DNA of 64,000 nt from Lama glama. Taxonomy: Eukaryota. Location of the stretch: contig CM052816.1 in assembly GCA_028534125.1 (NCBI GenBank), positions 5,086,001 to 5,150,000 on the forward strand. Reading direction: 5' to 3'. A program made the position numbers and the translations under genes. A model generated the notes under the pieces. The model did not search any database. It was not told the DNA's origin and was given only the letters and a program-made list of their open reading frames with translations. Positions 50,850-63,842 of this stretch are shown here, piece by piece. The stretch's first letter is position 1; each line of letters begins with the position of its first letter.

Positions 50850-51500
50850 AGCGGCCTCGGTTAGGGCGACGAAATCCGCGCCTTCCGGGGCCCGTCGCCC
50901 CTCCCTACCGCGACGCCGCCCCCGCGGTGCCCCTTCCCAGGCCTCTCAGGGAGCCGGCCGTGCGCGGGGACGCAGCCCTGCTCGTGGTGGCGGTGCTTGA
51001 CGGGTCGCACGGCGTCGGTCTCTTTACACCCTCCCTACCTGGTCGCCTGCTCTCCGGGCAACGCCGCAGCGATGACTCAACATCCCGGAGCCCAGGCGTG
51101 GAGTCGGGGGCGAGGAGCGGGGGCGGGGCGGGGGAGGGAAATGGGCGGGGCGGGGCGGGGCCAACGGAGGGGGGAGGGGAGCGAAGAGGAAGGAGAACAG
51201 AGGCGAAAGGGAGGGAGGCGGAGGAGTGGGAGAGGAGGAAGGGGTGGGGGAGGGGAGGGCTCCCGGGGAGGCCGAAGCCCCAGCCCCGCCCCCTCCCGCT
51301 GCCCGCCGACTTAGGGCTGATCCTGGCAAACAGGCCGAAGAACAGCGGAGAGGGCAGGGAGAGGGTGAGGCACCCAAGGGGAGTTCGTGAGCTACCCTGC
51401 ATTCATCCCCCATCCCGAAGTGCCCTTGTTCACACGCCACACCCACGGACCCACCCTCGCCGTGTTTGGATTAGTGCTGGGAGATGCACCTTTAGACACG
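50850..51500. promoter_or_regulatory. Second CpG island; probable distal LARP1 promoter with a short first exon ending at 51039
   Basis: CpG-rich, with tandem GGGGCGGGG Sp/KLF boxes (51121-51160), AP-1 TGACTCA (51073-51079) and a minus-strand donor CCAG|GTAGGG at 51039/51038. Confidence 0.65.
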
Positions 51501-51779
51501 GACCCTTAGTGAGCCCCTTCCTCCCGATGGAGGCCTTGGGGGAACTGGGCAATTAGAGATGAGAGAGACAGAGCCCTGCTTCCTGGGGGCTTGCAAGGCT
51601 GCGAGAAAACCTACACCGCCTATCCGCAAGTGGAAATTTGAAAGGAGAAACGATCTGCCGCTGCATTTTCCTGCGCTACACAATAGCTATTATACAAGGT
51701 TGAGTTTGGAAGATGACCCAAGGAAGTGTCCTTAGCAATTTTTTAATAGAGTAAATGAATCGATGAATGAAATGAGCAT

Positions 51780-51819
51780 ATCTGTGTGTATAGAAAGGAC
51801 AGATTTTTAAAAATGTCTT

Positions 51820-51850
<31 letters not shown>

Positions 51851-52325
51851 TTGGGAGGATGTACAGTTGTGTATCTTGAATGGTGTCTGCCATATGTATG
51901 CTTATGGATAGAAGCACACTGATAGCTGTGTATGAGTATGTGTGCTCAGAATGTGTCTCTGTGCATATGTACAGGCATGTATCTTTATGTGCCTAAATGT
52001 TAAGCAGGTGTGTATATCTGAGATCTATGGGCTTTCCTGAGTTTGTATTTAAATATGTGTGAATTTGTGGGCTTGTGAATGGGACTACATATACTTGGGT
52101 CTATACTGCTATTGTGTGCTAGTGTTGTATATATGTGTGTGGGGTGGGGATACTCCACGTGTGTCTTGGTGAGATTGTGTTACGGTTGTGAATGTGTGTT
52201 TGTGAGTGTATGAGAATATATTTGTGAGTCTGTGACCAGGGCTGAAGTGTGCCTTAAGGTTGCCTGTGTGTTTAGATGTGTTTTTCAGAGTCTGCGTGGA
52301 TATGACTGTGTATGAGTCTGGGTAT
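51780..52325 (+). repeat. TG-rich low-complexity region including (TG)n at ~51830-51850
   Basis: Visible TG/TATG degenerate repeats. Confidence 0.8.
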
Positions 52326-52859
52326 ATCTCTGCAGCCATCTATTGATTTAGTCTGCGATAAGGGCCAGGTGATTCTTAAGGGTTGGGCTGGACAAGGTGC
52401 TTCTTGGAGGAGGAGGTCTTGGAAGGGTGGGGACTGTGGAGGGTGTGCTGGCCCAGTGACCATCCAAAGCAATGGGAGGCAGGGTGAGCAATGTAGGCTG
52501 AAGCAAGATGGGGTGAATGAAGCAAGACCGTGAATGCCAGAACATGCTGTCCTCCAGGTCGTCAGGGCCTCCTCTGCCCTCCACCCTCTCAAGCCTGCTT
52601 CTCTTGGGGCCTCCTTGCTGCCTACCTGGACATTGTTCTTCTGCAGAACGTATCCCCTGGGTAATTAACAACAGCATCACGATGGAGCATTTGCTGTGTA
52701 CCTCCCCCCCAAAAGCAGTGAATTGGCATTGGCTCAGCTTAGTATCCCCAACTTTACAGAGGGGGAAACTGAGAAGATGAGGTGCCTGTTCCTGGGTACA
52801 CAGCTAGTAAGAGCACCTCAAACTCCAGGGCTGCATGCCCTCTCAATGGCTGGACCAGG

Positions 52860-53075
52860 CCGGTACAACCTCGGCACTATAGACACTTGGGGCGGGATAA
52901 TGCAGCCTCGCAGGGCTGCCCTGTGCACTGTACGCTATCCAGCGGCATCCTTGGTCTCTGTCCACTAGATGCCAGTAGCACTTCCCTTTCCAGTTGTGAC
53001 ATCCAAAATGTCTCCATGTATTTCCACACGTCCGCTGGACACAAAATCACCCCTGATGGAGAACCAGTGCTCAAA
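52860..53075 (+). mobile_element. MER20-like hAT element
   Basis: aacctcggcactatagacacttggggcgggataat...ccactagatgccagtagcac...gagaacca. Confidence 0.7.
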
Positions 53076-54844
53076 ACTATCCTGCCTCCCTGGATAAATG
53101 TTTTCTGAGAGGCTGCATCCTGTCCAGTGGCTTCAGCTGTCCTTCTTCTTGCACAGTGACCCTCACTTCCATGCAGGTAGCACCTTGCTTCTGTCACAGT
53201 CAAACAGAAGTTTTGACCAGCTGGGTCACCTTGTTCAGCAACTCAACCTCTCTGAGCCCCAGCAACAGAAAGCACAGGATTGAGTCCCTAGGAGCTACCT
53301 CGTGAGCTCTTACTACTATCATTCAAGTCACAGGGATTCACTGGGGTCAGAGCTAGGAGGAAGAGGGCCCCAAGCCAGCTGACTCCCTCTGGCCCTGAGC
53401 AGTGGATGCTGCTGGTTCTGAGTTTGCTTTCTTGGTTCAGGGAGAAGGGGAGAGTGTTCCAGAGTTGGGCCCAAACTAGTGACGCTATCATATTTATGCT
53501 GTTTTATCTTTCAAATAAAACAGCTTGACTTTTCCCACCAGCAGAACCCGATATTAATGAGCATGTGCAGTGTTGTGGTCAGAACAGGTGCTCAGGAAGG
53601 GCAAGGCAGAGCCATCAGCAGGGCTCTTACCTGTCCAGGTCCAGACTCCTCCTGCTACAGACAAGACACAGCTGATGATGCCTGCAGAGGACTTCCATGC
53701 AGGGATGCCAGTCTCTGCCACTCAGGAAACTCTTTTCCTCTTGACTGGGTGTTCCTTTGCTGTGCCATCTCTCCCTCCGCTTCTTCTGTTCACCTGCACC
53801 CCTGCCGTGTTCCTGATGTTTGCAGGGCCCTCTGTCCAGTCCTCTCGGGAGGCTGCAGAGCAAAGTGGGCAAGGCTGAGAGTTCTTGACGCCTCATCCCC
53901 CAAGAGCCTGTGTGAGCTTGAGCAAGGCACTTCACCTCTCTGGCCTCGGCTTCCTCATTTTGAAAATGTGGATCCCACAAGGTCCTATCTGGCAGTAGGA
54001 CATGAGATAGTACATATAAACGATGCTGGGCATGTAGTAAGCCTTGAATAAATAGTGGCCACCATTACTACTATCATTTTTCATTAACAATGAAATGCAA
54101 ATGAGCACTTACTCATTGCCAGGGAGTGTGCTAAGCCCTGGACAATTCTTTTCTCCCTTGATCCCTTCAGCCTCTGCAGGAAGTTTCTATTGTTCGCCTC
54201 AGCAGGGAAGAGGAAGCTCAGGTATGGTGATGTTAAGGGAGTTACCCAAGGTGACAGAGCTGAAATGAATCAGAACCAAAGTATTGTTTCTGCAAAGCCT
54301 CACTGCCCTGCAAGCAGATTTCACCATAGGAAGGAGGGACCCTGGAAGTTTGAGAGGCCGAGAGAAGGCAGTGTGGGGCCTAGACAGAAGGAGGGGTTTG
54401 GCTCAAAAGGGATGAAGTTTCCCTTTTCTTGCTTTTGATGAAATTACCTAATACAGTGGGCTAGGGGGGTGGGTCTCATGACTCAAGAGGTGCTGCCAAG
54501 TTTTCACTAGTGCATAAAGTTTATTTTTATTATAAGCCAGGGTATATATTGTTCTGGTGCTTTTTGTTTGAATTGGATTGTAGGGAGGCACAGAAAGGTG
54601 TTAACTTACTATATAAGTCACAGGACAGACGGGAGGCCCACTTTAGAGCTGATGCCAGGGAAAGATGGTGTGTTTACCGGGAGCTGTGAGAATGAGGCCA
54701 GGTGAGTGTATAAGACAGGATGGTCTTTGTGGAAGGGTTAGTTCTTCCAATACATGTGCCAAAGGGGACAGAGAGAGCCGTGTGATAACTGTTTTGCTGA
54801 CTTTTCAAGATATTGAAGGCATTGTTTTCCTCCGTACTGTGATG

Positions 54845-55345
54845 CTGTATTTATTGCTATGTAGCAAATGACCCCACAGCTTAGTGCCTTAAAACAAATA
54901 TTATCTCACACTTTCTGTGGATCAGGAATGCAGGAATGATTTAGCTATGTAGGCTCTGGCTTAGCATTTCTCAAGAAGTGGCAATCTACTCGTCAGCCAG
55001 GCCTGAAGTCATCTGAAGGCTGGACTGGAGCTGGGGGATCTGCTTCCAAGATGTGCACTCACAGGGCTGTGGCTGGGAGGCCTCAGTTCTTCACCGCATG
55101 GCGGACTCTGCCATAGGGCTGCCTGGGTGTCCTCTCACCGGGGAGCTGGGCTTTCCCCAGAGCAAGGGAGAGCAGGGTGGAAGTCACGTTGTCTCCCATA
55201 CCTAGCTCCAGAAGTCACACATCATCGGTTCCTGAATAACCTGATGCTTCCACAGGTCAGCCCTGCTCAGTGTGGGAGGGCAACACACAAGGACATAATA
55301 CCAGGAGGTAAAGATCATGGGGCCATCGTGGAGGCGGCCGGTCAG
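54845..55345. mobile_element. MaLR (MLT1-type) LTR
   Basis: attgctatgtagcaaatgaccccacagcttagtgccttaaaacaa...ggctggactggagctgggggatctgcttccaagatg, typical of MLT1. Confidence 0.65.
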
Positions 55346-56518
55346 AGTGCTCATCAACGCCCACTTGTTTACTATTGTTTGGAAAACTTTGGATTCCAAA
55401 CGAAATCCAGCATTCAGACTGGGCTGCGGGTTCCAAAAAGTTGAGAGCTGCTCACCCAACAGCTTGGTTTCATCTGGACCTGCCTGTGGGGGTCCCTTTG
55501 GGGGCACGACTCCAGCAGCGTCCCAGGATGACTCCATCAGAAATAAAGCGCTATGATCCCATGTCACTGACACTTATCTGCACCAGGGGCCAGCAGGGTA
55601 CGGAGGTTAAGGAGCCTGGAGCTTGGAGCCAGGCAGAACTGGATTCAAGTCCTGACTCACCTACTGATGACTCAGGGGCTTTGGGCAGTTGGCTTAACTT
55701 CTCTGCGCCTCAGTTGTCTTCATGTGTAAAGTGGATGAAGATCAACTTCACAGGGTGCTTAGGAAGACGGAATACAGGATGACAGAGCAATGGTAATAGG
55801 ACAGGAGTCATGTGCCCGACCAGTGTTGTTGACCCACAGAGTTGTTATTAATAGTGATGACAAGAAAGTAATAACAATAGCTCACATTTATCCAGCTCCT
55901 ATTCTAGTCAGTCTCTGAAGCTTAGAGGAGTTAAGCATCCTGCCTGAGACACACAAGTAGGAGAGGGGGCACTCACACCCAGCTGTGTCTGTCTCCAATG
56001 CCAAACTATTGCATAACTTGCTCTTTTCCCTTAGTCATCTGTAATGATCTATGCTACATGGTTTTACCTCCTCCTTTCTTCCCCTCTTTTTGGCTGCTTA
56101 ATAGTAAATGGTCATTGCATAATTAGTTAACTAATTCCCCTAGTGTTGAGTGTTTAGTTTCCAATTTTTCACGATTAACAGTGAGGCTCCACTGAGCATC
56201 TTTGCTGCCCACGCACTTGTCCAGAGCTCACCACGTGCCAGCTGACACTGGTACTTGACAGGTGTACCTCGTTCAATCCTCCACAGCCCAAGGACACTCA
56301 GCTAGGAAATGACCCGTTCAGGTTCTCACTTGTCTAACACAGTGTGCCTTTATAAGGATTGAGAATCCCTTGCTTTTCAGTCCTGAAGTTCCTTCTTCCA
56401 ATAGGGCCCCCAAGGAGTACCTGTCTTTCCTCTGCAGCATGGTCCTGAGAAACCAGAGGGCTTGGGGTGTGCAAACCCGGGTTTAGCAAAAGGACGGCTC
56501 TTGGTAGCTTATCACCAG

Positions 56519-57018
56519 NNNNNNNNNNNNNNNNNNNNNNNNNNNNNNNNNNNNNNNNNNNNNNNNNNNNNNNNNNNNNNNNNNNNNNNNNNNNNNNNNN
56601 NNNNNNNNNNNNNNNNNNNNNNNNNNNNNNNNNNNNNNNNNNNNNNNNNNNNNNNNNNNNNNNNNNNNNNNNNNNNNNNNNNNNNNNNNNNNNNNNNNNN
56701 NNNNNNNNNNNNNNNNNNNNNNNNNNNNNNNNNNNNNNNNNNNNNNNNNNNNNNNNNNNNNNNNNNNNNNNNNNNNNNNNNNNNNNNNNNNNNNNNNNNN
56801 NNNNNNNNNNNNNNNNNNNNNNNNNNNNNNNNNNNNNNNNNNNNNNNNNNNNNNNNNNNNNNNNNNNNNNNNNNNNNNNNNNNNNNNNNNNNNNNNNNNN
56901 NNNNNNNNNNNNNNNNNNNNNNNNNNNNNNNNNNNNNNNNNNNNNNNNNNNNNNNNNNNNNNNNNNNNNNNNNNNNNNNNNNNNNNNNNNNNNNNNNNNN
57001 NNNNNNNNNNNNNNNNNN
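56519..57018. other. Assembly gap (500 N)
   Basis: Run of N with a round placeholder length. Confidence 1.
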
Positions 57019-59843
57019 GCCTTGGGGCTCAGGTCACCCCTGCCATGCGGCCTCCCCAGATCTCCCCACAGAGTCGCTTCTCCTCTGTGCTCTCACAACA
57101 CATGATGAGGACATAACTCTATCGGGGTAGCTGCTCACCTGTTTGCTTCTGCTCCTGGACTGTGGGCTTGTGGGCCTCATTTTCCTCCTCCGCCTGGGCA
57201 TATGGTAAGATCACACTTCCCTCTGAGGTTAGGCAGAACCACGTGATTTACTGTAGCCAATGAAATGCTGGGAACACAAGCTTTACAAGCGAGTGTGGGA
57301 TTTGCCACGTTCTCTTCATCTTGCTGGTGATCTTGCAAATGCACGGCAAGGTGGAGGGTCCACCAGACGCTGTCCTTGAGTGACTGGATCAACGGAAGCT
57401 CCTGCTCACCCGCACTGGACATGCAGGATGAGTGCAGACCTAGCCCTCGGTGCCCTGAGTGCTGGGACGCTTGTTACTGCAGCCTAACCTGCCTTATCCC
57501 GATGGTGCTTTGAAGGTGGAGCCCCCTCCACCAAGCTTTGGGTCTGTGGTTCCTAATACAGGCTGGCATAGAGCAGGAGCTCACGACATAGCAGCTACTG
57601 TTTATTAAGAACTTGCTAAGTGTCATGCACTGTTCACTGTTATCTAATGCTTTTCTCCCAGGCCAGCTGCGGCATGTAAAGTGGTCTACACAGTGCCTGG
57701 CATGTAATCAGGGCTCTGGCAGCTATTATTTCTAATGATGATGCTTCTCTGCCTCAGATAGAAGTTGTTTGAAAGAACAAATGAATGGAGAAGAGTGGAG
57801 AGAACTGGCAGCTGGGATGAGGTGTCTAGAGACACAGTAGGGGCCAAAAAGCAAACTTGGCTCTTTATTTCTGTGTCCGCAACCCACACTGGAGGTCAGC
57901 TTCTGTCTACCGAGCCCCTGCTGTGCGCCTGGTTCTGCGCAAGAGGCATTTCATGCTGCAGCTTATTTCATCCTTCCTGGACCCCATGGAAGGTGTTATT
58001 CACCCCCATTTTACAGATAAGGAAACCGAGGCTCAGGGAAGTCAAGGCTCTTTCCCAAGGAGTCCCTGGAAGAAGAGGCAGAGCCAGGGGACCAGCTGAC
58101 TCGGAAGCCTGGGATACGGCCCTCTCACTGCACGTGTTCCCCTTTCCTAGCGGGGAGCCAGGGGAGGCAAGAGGGTGGTTGAGCCCAGGCTTTTAGTCCA
58201 GCGCGCTTTCTCCTCTCCGGCCTTCTCTCGTCTCAGTGGAAAGGTGTGAAAAGCGCAGACGCGTCCCTCCCCAAAACAAAGCCAGTCCAGGGAACCCCCT
58301 GGTGGCTGCGGCCGGCCCTCCCCGCCCAGCGAGGCAGCAGCCCTCCCCGTGCCGCACAGACTCCATGTCACCACTGTGATTGGTAGACTAAACAGCTGGA
58401 GCGGAGCCGGCCTCCTCGCTCCCTCTCGCCAGGGCGGCCAGGGGCTTTCAAAGACCGGCCTCGGCCGCTATCTCCCCCATCAGCCCCAGCAGCATTTAGC
58501 CACTTTCTTCAAACACCCAGCCAGGGCATGATGGTTAATGTCAAATCTGGCAGCAAGTCATAACCTATAGGGCTGGGACATTTATCACGGCCCCGGGGCC
58601 CCTGGGGACTTCAAAGGGGCCTGAGGGGCGGGGGCAGGGAGGGGGCGCTGAGGGGGGCTTTTCCTCCACCCAGAGCCTCAGCTCCCTCCGAGCTGGAGGG
58701 ATCCAGGGGCTACCTCAGTCGGCCAGCCCAAACAATAATCACAATAATAATAAATATTAATGCCTAATAATAGCTGTTGTGTATTGAAGGATTATTACCT
58801 CCAGGGCACTTTACAGGTTTTATCTCATTCAGTGCCCAGAGCCACCCTGTGGAGCCCTTATTGTTATTCTCACCCTCGTTTTCAGAGCTCAGGAAATGGG
58901 GCACAGAGAGGTTAAGCCACTCGCCTCATGTCACATGGGTAATAAAAGAAATAGCATCGAGGACAATAATAATATCTGTCATTTACAGAGTGATTACTAC
59001 GTGCCAGGTGCGTTGTGTGTTACCTCCCTTAATCCGGGAAGTACTCTCAGAGATAAGCATTAGCATTCTCATTTCAGGGCTGGGGAAATCGTCTGAGATG
59101 TTAGGTGACACGACTGGTGAGTGGCAAAGCTGGGATTCAAAAGCAGACCTTCTGCTCCAAACCTGGCTCCCAGCCACAGAGGGGCAAGCACAGGAGGGCC
59201 TCTGGGGGCGGGGGTCTAGGTCCCGAGGGGCAGCCTGTCCTCCTCATCTCTGCCTCCGCCCCCATCAGGCATTAGGAAGCCAGAGAGCAGTCCTGCAGTC
59301 AGACCCCAGGCTTGAACAGAATCCTTGGTGTATCCTGGGACCTTCTGACTGGGGAACTCGGGGCAGGTGCTTTGCCTCCATCTAGCTGCCTGCCCACCTC
59401 TCTTGGGACTGGAAGGGTCCCTTTCATGCAGGTGGTCCCCAAGGCTTTTTCTGGCTCTCGGCCGAGGGTAGGATAGTCCCAGCACATATGGGGAGACTGG
59501 TGTGGGGCTTAACCCCTGGCTGGGGTTCAGCCCAAGTCAACCTCTGGAGTGGGGTGAGAGCTCTGCCAGGGTGGGAATGAGCTTCCTTATGATGCTCCCC
59601 GGAGCCACTACACAAATGACCAAATTCCACCAACACTATGTACACCTGCAAAGCCCAGCTGTCCCAGTGCCACTGAGAGAGAGCAAAGTTGAATGAATGT
59701 TCCAAGCAAGGAGCAAAAATGGTCCCCACTAACAAGGATTAAAATCCCGTCACAAGGCCATGTGTGACAAGGCTTCCCGGAGGAGGTGATATGTGGCCTG
59801 AGAGGAGATGGGGATAAAGTCTACAGAGAGGGAGCAGGACCAG

Positions 59844-60536
59844 TGTATTAGTCAGGATTCTCCAGTGAAACAGAACCAGAGGAGGTATATGTATATATAC
59901 ACACATATAAATGATAATGAGAAAGAGAGAGAAAGACTGAGATTTGAAGGAATTGGCTCAGGAGATTGAAAATGCAGGTAGGAGCTGGTGTTGGTGTCAT
60001 CTTGAGTCTGGAAGCTAGAAACTCAAGCAGAATTCCTTCTTTGGGAAACTTCAGAGTTTCCTCTTACGGCCTTCAAATGATTGGATGAGACCCACCCTCA
60101 TTATGGAGGGAGTAATCTGCTTTACTCAAAGTCTCCTGAATTAAACGTCAATTGTGTCTAAAAAATACTTCCACAGCAACCTCTAGGCTGGTGTTTGACC
60201 AAACGACTGGGTACCACAGGCTAGCCAGATTGACACATAAAATTAACCATCACAAAGGACAAAAATTATCTGATTCCACTTATATGAGGTTCCTAGAGTA
60301 ATCAAATTCATAGAGACAGGAAGCAGAATGGTGGTTACCAGGGGCTGAGGGGAAGGAGGAGTGGGGAGTTATTAATAGGTACAGAGTTTCAGTTTGGATA
60401 GTGAAAATGTTCTGGAGATGGATGGTGGTGATGGCTGCACAAAAATGTGAATGTATTTAGTGGCACTGAATAGTTAAAATGGTAAATTTCATGTTGTGTG
60501 TATTTTAGCACGATTAAAAAAAAATTACCCATCACA
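59844..60536. mobile_element. ERVL MLT2-type LTR (59844-60254) with an L1M 3' end (60255-60520) inserted at its terminus
   Basis: tgtattagtcaggattctccag...aaaattaaccatcaca; the LTR end is duplicated as a 16-bp TSD (60239-60254 / 60521-60536). Confidence 0.75.
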
Positions 60537-61216
60537 GGCAGGAAGGACTTGTAGCAGCAAAGGGTGATGGGAAAGCAAAGCCCCTTGTGAACTCATTCAA
60601 TTTTTCACCCACCAGATATTTGATGTTAAGCCTGCACGTGCCAGCACTGTACTAGTGTGGGGGAGACAGCGATGACAAAGGACCTGCTGCTAAGTGCCAC
60701 AATGGTGCTAAGCCCTTTACATTCTTTATCTCATCTCGTGATCACATAGTGCCTCTAAGGGAAGCTCAATAGCCCCATTTTACAGATGAAGAGGCTGAGG
60801 CCCCAAGTGGTGCTGTGATTTGCTCAAGGTCACACCAGAACCCAGTGGCAGAGTGAGGGGGCTAAAATCCAGATTTGTCTAGTGACCAAGTCATTCGTGG
60901 GGGCAATGGCTGGAAAAATTAGAATAGAATCCTTTTTATCCCAAGAAATTTGGTGGTGAAATAAATAAATTTGGTGGAAAAAGATGAAGTGGTAACTTGA
61001 AGGAGAAAAAGAACCGGAGAGGGTATTCTTTTGAGAAGGGGGAAAACTGGAGAAATTTAGGGACCTTGTGGGAAGAGCTTGCAGCAGGAGAAAGAAGGGA
61101 CAGGGTCGGTGACTGAGTGGGGCACAGTTGAAAGGAAAATGGTAGAACATGAAGAAGCAGGGAAGTCCTGAAAAGAGGCACGGGGCAGTGGCAGCCCCTT
61201 TGGGCCAAGACCTCTC

Positions 61217-61777
61217 TGAAACAGAGCAGGACTCTGTGGGATCCTCCCTGGTGCAAATCCTTTCCGTGTCCCCCATTTCTTGTTGGTAGGAAATAGGCTT
61301 CATTCAGCCTCTTTGACCTTCCCTGAGTTCCAAAGAACCGATTCAAACAGTTGCTAATCAGGGAAGGGAGGGAGTGCTGAGACAAGGGAGAAACAGTCAA
61401 GAAACAATGGTGCAGCCTTGGAGCAGAGTCCTGGTTCCTCCTCAAGGAATATACACAGCAGTATCTTTGGGTTCTTCTGCAGGAACTAAGGCCCCCACCC
61501 AAGGGGAGGATTGCAACTGCAGGTTTAGCACAAGGTTCCTGGAGCACCGCCCTGTTACCTCCCCACCAACCAATCAGAAGAAAGTCACACACCCCGCAGC
61601 CCTCACCCCAAATTTTGTCTATAAAACCTTTTCCCTGGAAACCATCGGGGAGTTTGGGGTTTTTGAGCATGAGCCACCTGCTCTCCTTGCTCGGCCCTGC
61701 AGTAAACCTTCCTCTGCTCCAAACTGCAGTGTTTCAGTTTGCTGGGCAATGGGCACAAGAACTTTTGTTTGGTAACA
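61217..61777 (+). mobile_element. ERV1-class solo LTR
   Basis: TG...CA ends, 4-bp TSD TCTC, CCAAT box (~61570), TATAAAA (61620-61626) and an AGTAAA poly(A)-like signal (61701-61706). Confidence 0.88.
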
Positions 61778-62197
61778 TCTCCTCAGTCAGAAAGGAGCCC
61801 AGGGTCCCAGTGCAGAGTAGGGTTGAGGAGCAGGGGACCCAGGAACGGGGCACAGGAGGAACAGGGTAGGAGCATGTGCTCCAGAGTCAAAGGAATATAG
61901 ACTCAGAGTTGAAGTCACAGCTCTGGCTGATTAGCCATGCAGCCTTGGGCAACCCACTTAAGCTCCCCAGACCTCAGTTTTATCCCCCAATCGATGGAGA
62001 GGGTCACAGGTCATGGGTTATTGTGAGCATTAAGAAGATACTGCATGGAACCATGCAACGTGCCAGCCCACAGTGGGTACCTGGGTCAATGGGAGAGGAG
62101 AAACAGGATGTTCGGGCAGCTGAGAGAGCCTGGCTTAAGTGTTGAGAACACTCCAGTCAGCCCAGACTGGCATCTTCCCCCATCTTGGCTGTCAAGG

Positions 62198-62840
62198 TGA
62201 GACAGGAAGGAAGGGGACAGGGCACAGCTATTCAAGGAGTGACAGCAATTAACACCAAAATGGTGGAAGATTCAACTCCCAGTAGACTTTGAGGCTCAAG
62301 ATGGCAGGAGACTTGAGCTTCATTATACGCTTATTGTAATACATCAGCATGGTAAATGACACTCCCACAGGCACCATGACAGCTTCCAGGTTGACCATAA
62401 AAGGTCAAAGAGTGGGTGGGGGCTCAGTTCCTGGGAATCCCAGCCCCTTCCCCAGGGTAGTTGGAATGGTCCTCCCACTTGTTGGCATGTGAAGCTACCG
62501 AGCCCATAAAAACTGGCAACACTGAGCCTCATGGCTGCCTCTGGCTCCCTGTCTTCAGAGACAGCTCACATTCTTGTCTATGGAGCGTGTGCCTGCTTTT
62601 ACTTTAACCTGAGCATCCAACCCCCACACCTTGAGGCCTTTCTCTTGCCTTCTGAAACAGCCAACACTCTATTAGTTTGTATCTCTTTAAATAAATCTAT
62701 CTTCATTCAACTGTGGCTCGCTGTTGAATTCTTTCCTGCGCAAAGCCAAGGACCCACACTTGGCGGGGCACGTCCCAGGGGCACAACTGAGACCTGGGAC
62801 ATGCCCCTTCTCCCGCCCCAAGTTCGTTTTTCCTGCATCA
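62198..62840 (+). mobile_element. ERV1-class solo LTR (MER41-like core)
   Basis: TG...CA ends, 4-bp TSD AAGG, CATAAAA TATA-like box (~62505) and AATAAA (~62690). Confidence 0.85.
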
Positions 62841-63842
62841 AAGGAACCATGTCGGGTGGAGCAGGCTTAACCAGCACGATGACTGGCAAGAAAAGTGTTT
62901 CTGCTTGTGCTTGGAGCCAATTCAGTCCACCTCAGATCCACACCGTATGGTTGGCACGTAATAGGTACCTGAGGTGGAACGAACAAAACATTAAGCTCTG
63001 CTGTTGAGTAGCTGTGTGTTCCTGGGCAAGTCTCTTAGCTTCTCGGAGCCTCAGGTTCCCCATTCATTAAAATGGGGATTACAACCCTAGCCCCAAACTC
63101 TCAACAGTGAATATCTCAGAGAGGAGGGTGAGAGGCACACGGGAAGAATTTCACTTTCTAAATCTTACCCTTCAGAATCAAGTGGAAAACTGTGATCTGC
63201 AAAGATCATTCTGCTGTGGGAAAAAAAAATCACTCAACTGTATTTCCTGCCTACTTTAAGCATGTGCGAATGGGATAATGGGTGAGAAAGTCCTTTCTGA
63301 CATGAAAATTTTGGAACAAATGACAGAAAATATCAGCATTATCACTGGCAGAGCACTTTCTTGCCTTTGCAAAGAGGTTTTTGAGATTTCCAGGATCGGA
63401 CCTCACCCTTCCTCCTAGCTGCTTATTACATCTTTCAACTCATTCAACAAATGTGTATTGAGGGCCTACTGTGTGCCAGGCCCTTGTACTAGGTACTGGT
63501 GAGAGAGGAGTGAGCAAAGTAGAGAAAGCATCCTGTCCCATGGACTCACACGTGCCCGGGGAGAACAAGCAAGCAAGCGACTACCATGCGAGGCGGTGGT
63601 AAGTACTGTTATAAATATATGAGGGCACAGAGTCAAAGAGGATTCTAATTTAGATTGGGCAGGCAGGGAAGGCTTCCCTGAGGAGGTGACATTTGACCAG
63701 AGCCTTAAGTGAAATGAGAGAGCTAAAACAAAGGAATATCTTGGAGAATAATCCAGGCAGAGAGAACCCCAAGGGCAAAGCTCTGGAGGTGGGAACTCAC
63801 TAGGCAGACACCATTCATGCACCTGACCTTCAGCTGCACTCT

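Noticed and set aside
61217..62840. Possible paired LTRs of one provirus
   Set aside because: The two LTRs differ in sequence, each has its own TSD, and there is no gag/pol between them; these are independent solo LTRs.
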